In this document: positions 18,533 to 27,779 of the stretch, one piece after another | Layout: each line of letters starts with the position of its first letter | Numbering within the stretch: position 1 is the stretch's first letter | Origin: a virus | Virus record (IMG/VR): IMGVR_UViG_3300037264_007739 | Location: 1-64,000 of that record | Length of the DNA: 64,000 nt | Strand: one strand, 5' to 3' | Notes under the pieces: generated by a model | What the model saw: the letters and a program-made list of their open reading frames with translations, nothing else | What the model was told of the DNA's origin: nothing | Databases searched by the model: none | Made by a program: the position numbers and the translations under genes

Positions 18533-19044
18533 TGCCGAGTCTCGAGTACATCGCAGTACCGGTCGAACCGAGTGAGGCGCTCTTTTTTGAGCGCGCACGC
18601 GGGACGATTACGTTCTGTGCGCCAGCTCCGCCGCCGCCTCCACCGATAAGCGTGTCTCCATCTATCGTGCAGCGCGACGGCGGCTACAGTGTCACGTTGG
18701 TTGGCGGCGTTTTGATCCCGGACGGCACTTATATCGTGCATGTCGGTCCGCTTGGAACTGAGGAAGACCCAGACTGCTATTCGGGTATTGAAGGCTCCGG
18801 ATCGGTTACTCCTTTTGAAGACGGTTCGGCCTCTATTGTGATCCCACCGCTTCCGGTCGGTGGCCCGTATGCGTTCACGTTGCGCCGTCTCACGGGTTCA
18901 GGTGATCCACTCATAATGACCGACCCCATTCTAACGGTGACTCCACAACATTTCCGCAGCGGCACATTTCGGCTAAGACGCTATCTGATGCCGTGGATGC
19001 GGATTGGTAACCGTTCGCTGGATCAAGTGAGGTTCCCGCAATAG
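18532..19044 (+). CDS. Ig-like (IPT/TIG-like) domain virion protein
   Basis: ISVSPSIV..DGGYSVTLVG...VIPP...GPY resembles the IPT/TIG pattern. Confidence 0.5.
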   Translation: MPSLEYIAVPVEPSEALFFERARGTITFCAPAPPPPPPISVSPSIVQRDGGYSVTLVGGVLIPDGTYIVHVGPLGTEEDPDCYSGIEGSGSVTPFEDGSASIVIPPLPVGGPYAFTLRRLTGSGDPLIMTDPILTVTPQHFRSGTFRLRRYLMPWMRIGNRSLDQVRFPQ

Positions 19045-19054
19045 GGAAGAATAT

Positions 19055-22000
19055 ATGACGGTCGGACTGCTCGAAGGACTGACGTCCTCCATCGGCGATG
19101 AGCTCACAGCGCTTTCGGGCTTCCGTTCGACGCGCACGACCGCGCTTGTCGACGTTGAAGATCGAATCCAGACCGACGTCAACAACGCCTCGAGTGTTGA
19201 TAGCGGCCTCAACATCACGTTCTCGGCGCCGATCCCCAACACCGGCCCGATCGTGATCGGTCTTCGCTTTCGGATGCTCTCTGATCCGGGGACAAACATT
19301 CTTCAGTCCGGCGTCGCGACAGTATCGGGTCTCTCGTCGGGGACGCGCGTCGTTCTTTCGGCAGGATCCTTCGCAGCAAGCGTTCAGCCCGGGCGGAAAT
19401 TCAAGATCACAACCGGCCCGCTTTCAGGAAAGACTGCGTTCATCAACAAGCGCGTCTCGAGCGTTGAGATCTTACTCGACGGTACTGGTCTCGGTAGCGA
19501 CTTCACGAACGAGAGTTGGGACGTGCTCTTCGATCTTGTGAACCGACACGCCAGGATCGCAGGCATCACATTCGCCGGCCCGAACATCACCGGGCTCGCA
19601 CTCACGCATCCACTCGGCGCCAACTTCACGACCCAGAGTTGGGAGGTCGTGCAAGACGCACCGACGACGATCCCTGTCGAAAATACACTCGATTGGGAGG
19701 CTGTCAGCGAGGCGTTTGTCGGGCCGACGCGCTACCGCTACGACTCGAAGACGCTCACGACACTCGACAGCCTTCGTGCTTCGCGCCATCTCGGTCGTGA
19801 CGGGCGCATCGTCGCGATCGCCGGAATCCTTATTGCTGACGGCGCGAAGCTCTCCGTCGATGACGGTCAGGGTGACGTCAAGACATTCGAGTTCCAAAAG
19901 ACTGCGACCGCATTTCCGGACATTCAGAACATCACGCTCAACATCACTAACCTGATGACCGCGACACAGGTTCGCGACGTGATCATCGACGGCATCGTGA
20001 ACCTCGCAGACATGAACCTTCGTGCGTTCCCGGGAACGACAACGGATGCCGTCGAGCTTCGCCACGCCATTCCTGGTGGAACAGGACGCATCGATGTCAC
20101 GGATACGGTCACGGATGCGGGTTTCCTCACCGAAGGCCCGCGTGGCATCGAAGCCGTTGTTCAGCCGCTCGAAGAGGTTATCGACTTTAGCCTAAAGCCG
20201 AGCGGCATCGACCAATATAGAAACTCGTTCATCGTCGAGCGCGCTGTCGGTGAAGAGCTCTCGACGCTCGGCCGAAACATCGGCGTCAGCCGCCCGTCGG
20301 CGCTTCAAAACGACGAGATCTTCCGGCGACTCATCGCCGCGATGGCATACGCGCCGCGAGGTACGATTCTGGCGATCGAGCTCGTGCTCGATGCGATTCT
20401 CGGGCCAGGAAACTGGGAACTTTTCGAGGATCTGACGCTCGGAAGCCTCAACCATCCGTGTGAGATCTTCTTTCGCCGGCGCGACGACAACGAGCTCAAG
20501 AGCGTTGGAAAGGCATTCCTCGACGGTGACGAGAACCGCGCGATGGCGACGGCGTCGACGCTCACGCTCGCTGCTGATCCAACACCTGGACGTGTCGAGG
20601 GCCTGCGTCTTGCTCCAGAAGGTGTCGAACGGCTCATCGCCTTCGGCTCGACGGCGACAGTCGTGCCAGGCGCAAATCAGACGGCAGCCGTCACGGGGCC
20701 TGCGGCGAGCTTTCCGACGGCTGTGAAGCCTGGTGACATCTTCTACGTCACCACCGGGCCGTACAAGGGAACGCAGGGCACGATCCAGGCACGCAACAGC
20801 GATTTCTCTCTCACACTCGGACCTCTTCGCGGATCCGAGAACATCGTCGTCACGCAGTCATTCACCGAGGTCGGATGGAAGATCGTCCGCCGACGGTCGA
20901 ACTTTCGTCACTATCGCCCGAGCGAGGAGTTCTACATCGAGCGATCTGGCGGGCCGTCGACGCAGATCTGGACCGCGCAGGGCACGCTCGCAGCAAGCGA
21001 GGCGACATACGTCACCTTCGTGACGGACACGCAGGGGCAATATCTTCAGATCGTGGACTCTGGTGGTGGTGCTGTTGCAGCCGACACGATGTTCTACCAG
21101 CACCTCGCGCGCATCGATCGCACGTCGCTCGCGTCGTTCGCCGTGCACATGAACATCGGTGCGTCCGCGGTCTTCCCAGTGGCGGGGGACAACAGCAAGC
21201 AAGCCTCCTTTCAGATCGAGGACGGCGTAAAGCTCATCATGGTCGGCATGACCTGGGACGGCGTTGGTGATGATCGAGACATCGGCTTCATCGATTCGAC
21301 AGGCGCGTACATCGGCACGCCGGTGAACGTCGACATCGCCCCTGTCTCGAACGCAACGGTGTGGAAGAACATCGAGATCGTGAAGGTTGCCGACAAGCAG
21401 GCGCTCCTACTCATTGGCGGGCACGTCGTCCAAGCTGTGCCGTACGCCTCACTCTCGGCGTCAGCGAATCGAAGGATCGCCTTCGGGGCGCAGTCGACGG
21501 GGAACTTCGGAGTGATGGTCCTGAAGGAAGTCGACTGGGGCATTATCACGCCGCGCGACTTCTGGAACGAGCGGCCCGCGAATTTCCAAACGACGGCGGC
21601 AGAGCACGTCACCGATGTGGCAGGCACATTCCGGTCGAGTGACGATGATCTACCGGTCAAGAAGCGCGTGCGCCTCTTCGATTGGAGCGCGCTCAATTCT
21701 GGCGGCGGCAACGTAAAAGGCGAATGGGAGATCGACACGTACGTGAGCGATGGCGACGTCAGCGTCACTGGGCCTAGGCTGAAGCGCGGATTATTCACGT
21801 TCGAGGACCCGTTCCGGTTCACGGGGCGCGACAACGAGAACGCGTTCACATGGCCGGATGCTCGTGGGCATTCCGTTCAGATTCTCACCGGGCCGAATGC
21901 CGGTATCTATCCAATCTCGAAGATCATCGACCCAGTAACGGGACGAGATGTCCAGGAGCCGCCGACCAACCTGAATGGGAACCCAAAGTGGCTTCGTGCT

Positions 22001-22891
22001 ATTTCAACTGATCCGACCGACGGAACGTACGGCGTTATCGCTGTGCCGTTTCCGATACCGCCAGGATTTTTGCAACCATTGAACCCGGCCATCCGCGTCT
22101 GGGGCAAGGTCGGCGGTGTTTACGTATTCGACAACTTCACTTTGATTCCTGGTTTTGGGTTGCTCTCCATATCGCCCACGTTCGACGCGGCGTCCATCGT
22201 CGCGATCGAATGCGTCGACGTCGTAAATCTTGGTGCGGGTGATGGCGTTGGCGGCAATAGAATGCCGACCTTCAGAGGCGACGTCATCGTCTTTGAGGGG
22301 CCGGAGAACACGGCGGTCACCGACCCGAACAACCGAACCGAGGTCATCCGCCTCCCCGCGGGTCAGCGGTCCTATGGAGGCCGAGAGCTCACGCGGCTGC
22401 ATGCTGCGGGCTGGACGAGCTCGAACGCGCAGCAGCTCATCCAGCGATCGCATATCGTCGTCCTCGACACCGCAGCCGGCGTCCCCGCACGCCCAAATGG
22501 CTTCGCGTTCACGGACGTTGAGGCGGATTGGCGTATCGTGCCGAACTTCCCCGTCGACCCGTCAGTGAAGGGCGAGATCGTTGACGCCGGGACCGTTGCG
22601 GGTGCAACGCTCACGCTCAGGAACAATTTGCCAATCACGCCAGTGGGCGAGTATCCGATCATGGCTGCGGCGCGAAGCCTGGTATTGTCGGCGCAGCTCC
22701 TCGACGAGAAAGAATCGAACACGTTGTTGTCTCTGCCGTCTAACTATTCGCACTATCCGTTCTACTTGGCGGACAACTTCGGTTTTGTGCGGACTGTTGT
22801 TGATCTCGTGACAGCAGCTGGTGTCATCCCCGATTTCGATCGACTATTCCGCGATGCGTCAGGCCCTCACCTGATCGGCAGAAATACGTAG
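19055..22891 (+). CDS. large baseplate wedge / fibre-attachment protein (gpI-like core plus repeats), 1278 aa
   Basis: GEELSTLGRNIGVSRP...NDEIFRRLI...RGT wedge motif; C-terminal AAGV. Confidence 0.7.
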   Translation: MTVGLLEGLTSSIGDELTALSGFRSTRTTALVDVEDRIQTDVNNASSVDSGLNITFSAPIPNTGPIVIGLRFRMLSDPGTNILQSGVATVSGLSSGTRVVLSAGSFAASVQPGRKFKITTGPLSGKTAFINKRVSSVEILLDGTGLGSDFTNESWDVLFDLVNRHARIAGITFAGPNITGLALTHPLGANFTTQSWEVVQDAPTTIPVENTLDWEAVSEAFVGPTRYRYDSKTLTTLDSLRASRHLGRDGRIVAIAGILIADGAKLSVDDGQGDVKTFEFQKTATAFPDIQNITLNITNLMTATQVRDVIIDGIVNLADMNLRAFPGTTTDAVELRHAIPGGTGRIDVTDTVTDAGFLTEGPRGIEAVVQPLEEVIDFSLKPSGIDQYRNSFIVERAVGEELSTLGRNIGVSRPSALQNDEIFRRLIAAMAYAPRGTILAIELVLDAILGPGNWELFEDLTLGSLNHPCEIFFRRRDDNELKSVGKAFLDGDENRAMATASTLTLAADPTPGRVEGLRLAPEGVERLIAFGSTATVVPGANQTAAVTGPAASFPTAVKPGDIFYVTTGPYKGTQGTIQARNSDFSLTLGPLRGSENIVVTQSFTEVGWKIVRRRSNFRHYRPSEEFYIERSGGPSTQIWTAQGTLAASEATYVTFVTDTQGQYLQIVDSGGGAVAADTMFYQHLARIDRTSLASFAVHMNIGASAVFPVAGDNSKQASFQIEDGVKLIMVGMTWDGVGDDRDIGFIDSTGAYIGTPVNVDIAPVSNATVWKNIEIVKVADKQALLLIGGHVVQAVPYASLSASANRRIAFGAQSTGNFGVMVLKEVDWGIITPRDFWNERPANFQTTAAEHVTDVAGTFRSSDDDLPVKKRVRLFDWSALNSGGGNVKGEWEIDTYVSDGDVSVTGPRLKRGLFTFEDPFRFTGRDNENAFTWPDARGHSVQILTGPNAGIYPISKIIDPVTGRDVQEPPTNLNGNPKWLRAISTDPTDGTYGVIAVPFPIPPGFLQPLNPAIRVWGKVGGVYVFDNFTLIPGFGLLSISPTFDAASIVAIECVDVVNLGAGDGVGGNRMPTFRGDVIVFEGPENTAVTDPNNRTEVIRLPAGQRSYGGRELTRLHAAGWTSSNAQQLIQRSHIVVLDTAAGVPARPNGFAFTDVEADWRIVPNFPVDPSVKGEIVDAGTVAGATLTLRNNLPITPVGEYPIMAAARSLVLSAQLLDEKESNTLLSLPSNYSHYPFYLADNFGFVRTVVDLVTAAGVIPDFDRLFRDASGPHLIGRNT

Positions 22892-22901
22892 GAGAGCAAT
22901 C

Positions 22902-24779
22902 ATGTCAGGCAAGCAGCTACTCAGAACGGAAGTTGGCGAACGCGTCGATCACCCTGACTTTGAGTTCCTCTCCGAGATCAGTCACCGAGACGCCGTCAAT
23001 CAGATTATGGAGGCGCTCGTCGTCGGCACCGACGACGTCCTCGACACCGCAGCGAATACGCATCCGAAGTTCTTCGTGCTCGGTGGCTTTCGCATGTCCG
23101 TGCCGAGCGGCGCCAATGTTCTTGTCGAAAAGGACGTGCCGAGCGGAACGTCGATTCAGCCTGGTGCTGCGATCATGGCCTTCCGTGATCGTGGCGCAGC
23201 CAAGTTCGGCGTCATCCTCTCTGGTGGTGACGCCTCTCGATTAATCGACATCACGACCTTCCCCAATGGGCTGTACGGAATCTTCGTCCGATTCGCGTTC
23301 AAGGACGATGTCGTGCAGAGCCGCCTCGTCTGGAACCCAATCACGCCGACGCCTGTCGAGACGCCACGTAGCATGCCGACGCGCAAGAGCGAGAACTGGG
23401 AGATCGCGATCGAGCTCGTGCAGCCTGGTCCAGAGTGGATGCGCATCGGCTCCGTTGACCGCGCGACGATGGTCATCACCGATGAGCGGAATTTTCTCTT
23501 CGAGGGGCGCGCGGCGAACAGCTACGCCGCAGTCGATGAGGAATGGGGCACAGCAGTCGATCGCAACAGTGACCGCGCCCTCCACGGCGCGTCCTCGATT
23601 TACAAAGCCATCCGCGGGCTCCAGCGCCAGGTGCAAGACATCATCGGCGAGACCAGCCCGAATGGGTGGTGGCGGTCGATCGAGAGAAGCCTGAAGGTCG
23701 CTCTTGTGCGGGATGGTTCGCGCACGATGCAAGGTAACTTACATCCAGACGCGACGAACACGCGAAATCTCGGTGGCGCGCTCGCGGCTTGGGCGCAGAT
23801 CTTCGTTGGCAAAATTTCACTTGGTTCGTTTTTGCTTGGTTCGGACGCCGATGCCGATCAACCGCGTGTCAGTGCCGCTTATTCTGGTGCGGCCGGGCGC
23901 GAAAAAACGCTCATGCTTTACTCAGATCGAGACGCGTCTTCAGCGTGGCCGCTCGCGATTTATCGCGCCCAAGTCGGTCTCTTCGGAGGGGCTGACGCGA
24001 TTCAATTCGTTTGGAACGCGCTCTACGCCAACGCGACCAATCTTTGGACACAGACGAACGCCGGCAATAGTCCATTGCTCATTGAGTTCGGCCGTCACGG
24101 ATTCGCAGTTTTCCGCAAGGACCCAGAGGTCGGCGCCGGTGGAACATTCACCGATATAGTTGGTCCTGCTGGATGGTCTGAGCGCGGAGCCCGATTTTTG
24201 TTCAACGGCACAACGGCGTTTTTCCACGAGCTCATAGCACCTGTACTGCGCGCCAGGGCCGGTGTCATCCACGTCGACGATGACGAGGACGACGCGCCGG
24301 CAGATCGATCTACGATAAATCTAAACGGACTTGCAGCATCGACGGCGAAGCGACACGCAATTCTCTCGAACTATGTTGCCAACACGCTCGAGCTACGCGG
24401 CGGGCTCAACGGTGATCAGGCGATCAAGATGTCCGGCCTAGGCGTCCAGCTCGCGCGAAATTGCATCGGCCAGAATGGCTTGTACGAAGAGTTCGGCCTC
24501 ATCTCCGGAACGGTGACAGCGGGGTCTATCCCCGCTGGTGGCTTCACGACTATCACGCTGACGACGGCGACCTCGCCGGCGATCAACATCGGTGATCACC
24601 TAGTTTACATTCTGCCGGATACTCAGACGGCCTTCGACAGCCTCTTCAATGTGCAAGCCAGCGTGAGTGGGGTGAACACGATCACGGTGTATCTTGGGAA
24701 CTTCTCAAGCGTGGCCAAGCCCGCCGCCAATCGAATATACAATTTTGACGTTCTCGTTCTTCGACGGGTGACAGGGTGA
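22902..24779 (+). CDS. tail fibre / receptor-binding protein
   Basis: DGSRTMQGNL.P..T..RNLG.....W fibre motif; last structural gene. Confidence 0.7.
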   Translation: MSGKQLLRTEVGERVDHPDFEFLSEISHRDAVNQIMEALVVGTDDVLDTAANTHPKFFVLGGFRMSVPSGANVLVEKDVPSGTSIQPGAAIMAFRDRGAAKFGVILSGGDASRLIDITTFPNGLYGIFVRFAFKDDVVQSRLVWNPITPTPVETPRSMPTRKSENWEIAIELVQPGPEWMRIGSVDRATMVITDERNFLFEGRAANSYAAVDEEWGTAVDRNSDRALHGASSIYKAIRGLQRQVQDIIGETSPNGWWRSIERSLKVALVRDGSRTMQGNLHPDATNTRNLGGALAAWAQIFVGKISLGSFLLGSDADADQPRVSAAYSGAAGREKTLMLYSDRDASSAWPLAIYRAQVGLFGGADAIQFVWNALYANATNLWTQTNAGNSPLLIEFGRHGFAVFRKDPEVGAGGTFTDIVGPAGWSERGARFLFNGTTAFFHELIAPVLRARAGVIHVDDDEDDAPADRSTINLNGLAASTAKRHAILSNYVANTLELRGGLNGDQAIKMSGLGVQLARNCIGQNGLYEEFGLISGTVTAGSIPAGGFTTITLTTATSPAINIGDHLVYILPDTQTAFDSLFNVQASVSGVNTITVYLGNFSSVAKPAANRIYNFDVLVLRRVTG

Positions 24780-24821
24780 CCATGTAACATGATGAGATGG
24801 ATGACATAAAGGATATAATTT

Positions 24822-25184
24822 ATGGAAGGCTTCGATTTCGGTCCATTGGTAGAGCAGCTCGTCACATGGCAGAACGGGCTCATCGTCGTCGCGTGCGGCG
24901 CGGCGATGGAGGCGTTCAAGCGCGGTCCTGGGACGCGCAAGATCGCCGAGAGCCGATGGGGCCAGGTGCTCGCGTACTACGCGCCTGTCGCGTGGGCGTG
25001 GCTCGCGCTCTTTCTACCGATCGGGCTCGCGCGTGACGGCGCCGGCGTCGGCGAAAGACTCTTGCTCGGCGTCGTGCTCGGGACAGTCACCGACTCGGCC
25101 TACGATTGGACGGTGAAGGCGCTCAGGAAGTTCCTCGGCGCGGGCGTGGCTGAGAAGTCGTCGTCGCTGTCGCTGCCGAAGTGA
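24822..25184 (+). CDS. holin
   Basis: 120 aa with about three hydrophobic segments; first gene of the lysis cluster. Confidence 0.65.
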   Translation: MEGFDFGPLVEQLVTWQNGLIVVACGAAMEAFKRGPGTRKIAESRWGQVLAYYAPVAWAWLALFLPIGLARDGAGVGERLLLGVVLGTVTDSAYDWTVKALRKFLGAGVAEKSSSLSLPK

Positions 25185-25187
25185 GCC

Positions 25188-25541
25188 ATGGTCGTCCTAT
25201 CGTTTCTGAAAAGGTACACATGGCTCGTCCTCTTTGCGATTGCAGTCGTGCTCGCAACGATCATCGCTGTCCTGTCGCGACGGAAACCAACTGACGGCCT
25301 CACAAGAGGGGCGGTGATCAAGGCCGAGCTCGCCGGCATTCGCGCCGAGGGCGAGCTCGAACGCCGGCTCGCCGCGAAGGGGGCGGAGGCCGCGAAGGCA
25401 GAGGTGGAGCGCGCCTATGAATCCGAGAAGCACGCGATGGCCGAGAGCGAGCGGAAGGAAGCCGAGGAGCTCAAGGCCGACCCGGTCAAACTCGCTGGTT
25501 TTCTTGCTAGGGCTGGCGCTCGCCGTCGCCATCGCTCCTGA
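25188..25541 (+). CDS. i-spanin (Rz-like)
   Basis: N-terminal TM helix followed by a charged coiled coil. Confidence 0.55.
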   Translation: MVVLSFLKRYTWLVLFAIAVVLATIIAVLSRRKPTDGLTRGAVIKAELAGIRAEGELERRLAAKGAEAAKAEVERAYESEKHAMAESERKEAEELKADPVKLAGFLARAGARRRHRS

Positions 25542-25971
25542 GCTCGCGCTCGCGGAATGCGACCCCAACGACCCGACGGCGTGCTCGACGCCGATCAACA
25601 AGGGCCAGGCGGCGCCGTACAGCGGCCAGCTCCTCACACCTGTCCTTGCGATCAGGCTCGGTCAGGACGCCGAGCACTGCGACGACCGCCTCGATCTCGA
25701 GCTCGCTCATACGAGCTCGCTGGCGCGCATCAGGCTCGACTACGAGAAAGCGCTCCGGGTGGTCGACGTTCGGCAGCTCACCCGCGAGCGTGACGCCTAC
25801 GAACGCGACAGGGACTTCTGGAAGGGCGAGGCGGGCCGCAAGGTCGAGCCACCTCATTGGACAGCTAGCCCGTACTTCGTCGTCCCTGTGGCCGTGCTCG
25901 CGACGCTGGGCGCGGTGTGGCTCGGCATCGAGGTCGTGAAGGCACGAGAGAAAGTTACGACCGTGCCTTGA
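25417..25971 (+). CDS. spanin-like envelope protein with signal peptide and C-terminal TM
   Basis: Overlaps the Rz-like gene in another frame; hydrophobic signal ending ALAEC; C-terminal TM; GGAG SD. Confidence 0.5.
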   Translation: MNPRSTRWPRASGRKPRSSRPTRSNSLVFLLGLALAVAIAPELALAECDPNDPTACSTPINKGQAAPYSGQLLTPVLAIRLGQDAEHCDDRLDLELAHTSSLARIRLDYEKALRVVDVRQLTRERDAYERDRDFWKGEAGRKVEPPHWTASPYFVVPVAVLATLGAVWLGIEVVKAREKVTTVP

Positions 25972-25996
25972 CACCGTGCTCGAGCAGCGTTATGAC
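25968..25996 (+). promoter_or_regulatory. sigma70-like promoter TTGACA-N17-TATGAC
   Basis: Perfect -35 at 25968-25973; -10 at 25991-25996, identical to the recombinase promoter -10. Confidence 0.7.
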
Positions 25997-26000
25997 CCCG

Positions 26001-26294
26001 CCCGCACGTAGGAACACCCAACGTGATTCCGTAGTGGCCGAAAGGCCCTCGCAGCCTGGCTGATCACTGGGCGAAGCGGTAAGCGGCGTCTGAACTGAGG
26101 AAGCGGCGCACGGCGCACGAACTCGGAAGGTGTTGGGCGCGGGACGGCGCTCGGGGCAACGTGGCTCGTCGCAGCGCAAGCTGCCAAACGAGCAGGCGAG
26201 CTCCAAGACAAGGATGTGCCGCGCGGCGACCTTGCCTCGACCCAACCTTTGAAAGCCTCGGCCCCGAAAGGGTGTCCGGGGCTTTTGATTTTTT
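26001..26294 (+). ncRNA. unassigned structured non-coding RNA, ~290 nt
   Basis: Own promoter and terminator, no credible ORF, GNRA hairpins, long-range stems whose G-U pairs work only on the + strand. Confidence 0.65.
26252..26294 (+). terminator. intrinsic terminator, possibly bidirectional
   Basis: AAAGCCTCGG...CCC GAAA GGG...CCGGGGCTTT followed by TGATTTTTT. Confidence 0.75.
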
Positions 26295-26307
26295 GGGACT
26301 CTCAGTT

Positions 26308-26946
26308 CTACCCAGCCCTCGCGGCAGCGAGAATCCGGTCCCACGCGAACGCTGGCCCGGGGTCGGTCTTGCGCGTCGGGTCCACGTTCTCGTGGCCGGT
26401 GAATCGGCCGTCGGGCGGGCCGGACACTACACCGGCGTCTCGGAGCTGCGGGAACACGGCGACGAGCGTCTTCGTGAGCGCCTCGAGCGTCACGAGCTGT
26501 TCCTCGGCGTACGCGTCCCATTGATCGCCGTTCGGCATGACGATCGCGTTCCCCTTGTGCTCGACGCCCTTGTACGTGATGAGCTTGTCGCCCTTGAGCG
26601 CGAGCTTGCCCCAGTTCTCGATCTCGATGCCGATCGATCGGTTGTTCACCTGGCCCTTCGTGCGCCACTTCGAGGTCTGCCCGCCCGCGTGCCACGTGCG
26701 ATCGGTGAGCGGCGCGAGCTGCCACGGCTCGCCGTTCTTCTTGATGATGAAGTGCGCCGACGCCGAGGAATCCTTCGAGGTGAGCCATCGGAGCGAGCCA
26801 TCGAAGCCGCCTGCGGTGTAGTGGTAGACGACGAGCTCGATGGGCTGAATGCGGCTGGCCTGAAACGCCTTCGAGTAACGGTTCGGTGTCAGGCGTCGAA
26901 ACGCCTCGGGCACCACCCATCCATCATTTGTCGGCGCGATGATCAC
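26308..26946 (-). CDS. endolysin, N-acetylmuramoyl-L-alanine amidase (Amidase_2/AmpD-like)
   Basis: VYHYTAG, SAHFII, WHAG, NNRSIGIEIEN, GHENVDPTRKTDPG. Confidence 0.92.
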   Translation of the reverse strand: MIIAPTNDGWVVPEAFRRLTPNRYSKAFQASRIQPIELVVYHYTAGGFDGSLRWLTSKDSSASAHFIIKKNGEPWQLAPLTDRTWHAGGQTSKWRTKGQVNNRSIGIEIENWGKLALKGDKLITYKGVEHKGNAIVMPNGDQWDAYAEEQLVTLEALTKTLVAVFPQLRDAGVVSGPPDGRFTGHENVDPTRKTDPGPAFAWDRILAAARAG

Positions 26947-27779
26947 GACGTCTCTTCGTCCTCGTCGTCCTCGAAGACCGCTCTGTCATCTTCGATGGGC
27001 TCCTCGCCGTCAATGGGCTCCGCACCCGTCCCGATAGAAAGGACGCGCTCCGAGGCTGGTGCTGGCGGGGTGACATATCGCCCTTCGATTATGACTGGTG
27101 CCGGCCCTGGTGTGCCTGGCGGTGTGACCGGCGCCGGCGCGCCCAGGGTCGGGACCGTCGAGTCGAGCTGTGAGCCTTCGATGGGCATACGCAGTGCGCC
27201 GGCGATCGTCAGACGCATGCTGTCGCGCCGGTGGCGAAGGATCTCCTTGGCAGCAAGCTGGAGCTCCTCGGATGAGGCACCGACATCCTCGGGGCGGAGC
27301 TGCTTTTGCTCGCCCTGGCCGGGCATGAGCTCAGCACCGACCGCCGTGGCGATACGGTCCCTGTGCTCTGTGGCCTCGAGCAGGATCTTGGCAACGCCCT
27401 CCCAGCTCTTGGGCATCACCATCTCGTCGGTGAGCTTCTCGAGCGCGAGCGACCGAATCGTCTCGAGATCGGCGAGGTCGCGCTGGCGAAGGCGACAGAG
27501 CTCGGTCCCGAGGCGCTCCTTGGCCCGGCTCTTCCACGCCGAGAAGAAGGCCGATCGCCGCTCGACCCATTGATCCTCTTTGGACCAGCGCTCGAGCGTC
27601 TTCTGGGTGACCTTCGCGAAGCGCGGGTCCTTCGACATCTCCTCGAGCGTCGGCGTCTCGTGGGTCATGTAGTAGATGCCGGCCTCGGCCCGCAGGCGTG
27701 GGTCGCCGCGAGCAGGTCCCTCGAGCTTAGTCGTCGGGGCCAGCGGCAAGGAGGTCTCGGTAGCGTTCGGCGCGCTCAT
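26943..27779 (-). CDS. terminase small subunit-like HTH protein
   Basis: N-terminal HTH TLERWSKEDQW followed by a helical region and an acidic tail. Confidence 0.5.
   Translation of the reverse strand: MSAPNATETSLPLAPTTKLEGPARGDPRLRAEAGIYYMTHETPTLEEMSKDPRFAKVTQKTLERWSKEDQWVERRSAFFSAWKSRAKERLGTELCRLRQRDLADLETIRSLALEKLTDEMVMPKSWEGVAKILLEATEHRDRIATAVGAELMPGQGEQKQLRPEDVGASSEELQLAAKEILRHRRDSMRLTIAGALRMPIEGSQLDSTVPTLGAPAPVTPPGTPGPAPVIIEGRYVTPPAPASERVLSIGTGAEPIDGEEPIEDDRAVFEDDEDEETS

Noticed and set aside
22902-24779. Diversity-generating retroelement or invertible fibre cassette
   Set aside because: No reverse transcriptase, no TR/VR pair and no inverted fibre copies were seen.
506-25971. Extracellular contractile injection system or tailocin rather than a phage
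   Set aside because: It is contiguous with neck genes, a terminase-small-like gene and a full phage replication module.
26001-26294. tRNA, tmRNA, RNase P or hammerhead identity for the ncRNA
   Set aside because: No T-loop/CCA cloverleaf, no tag ORF, no GAGGAAAGUCC and no CUGANGA...GAAA core in the right arrangement; the partial GCGGUAAG match is too weak.
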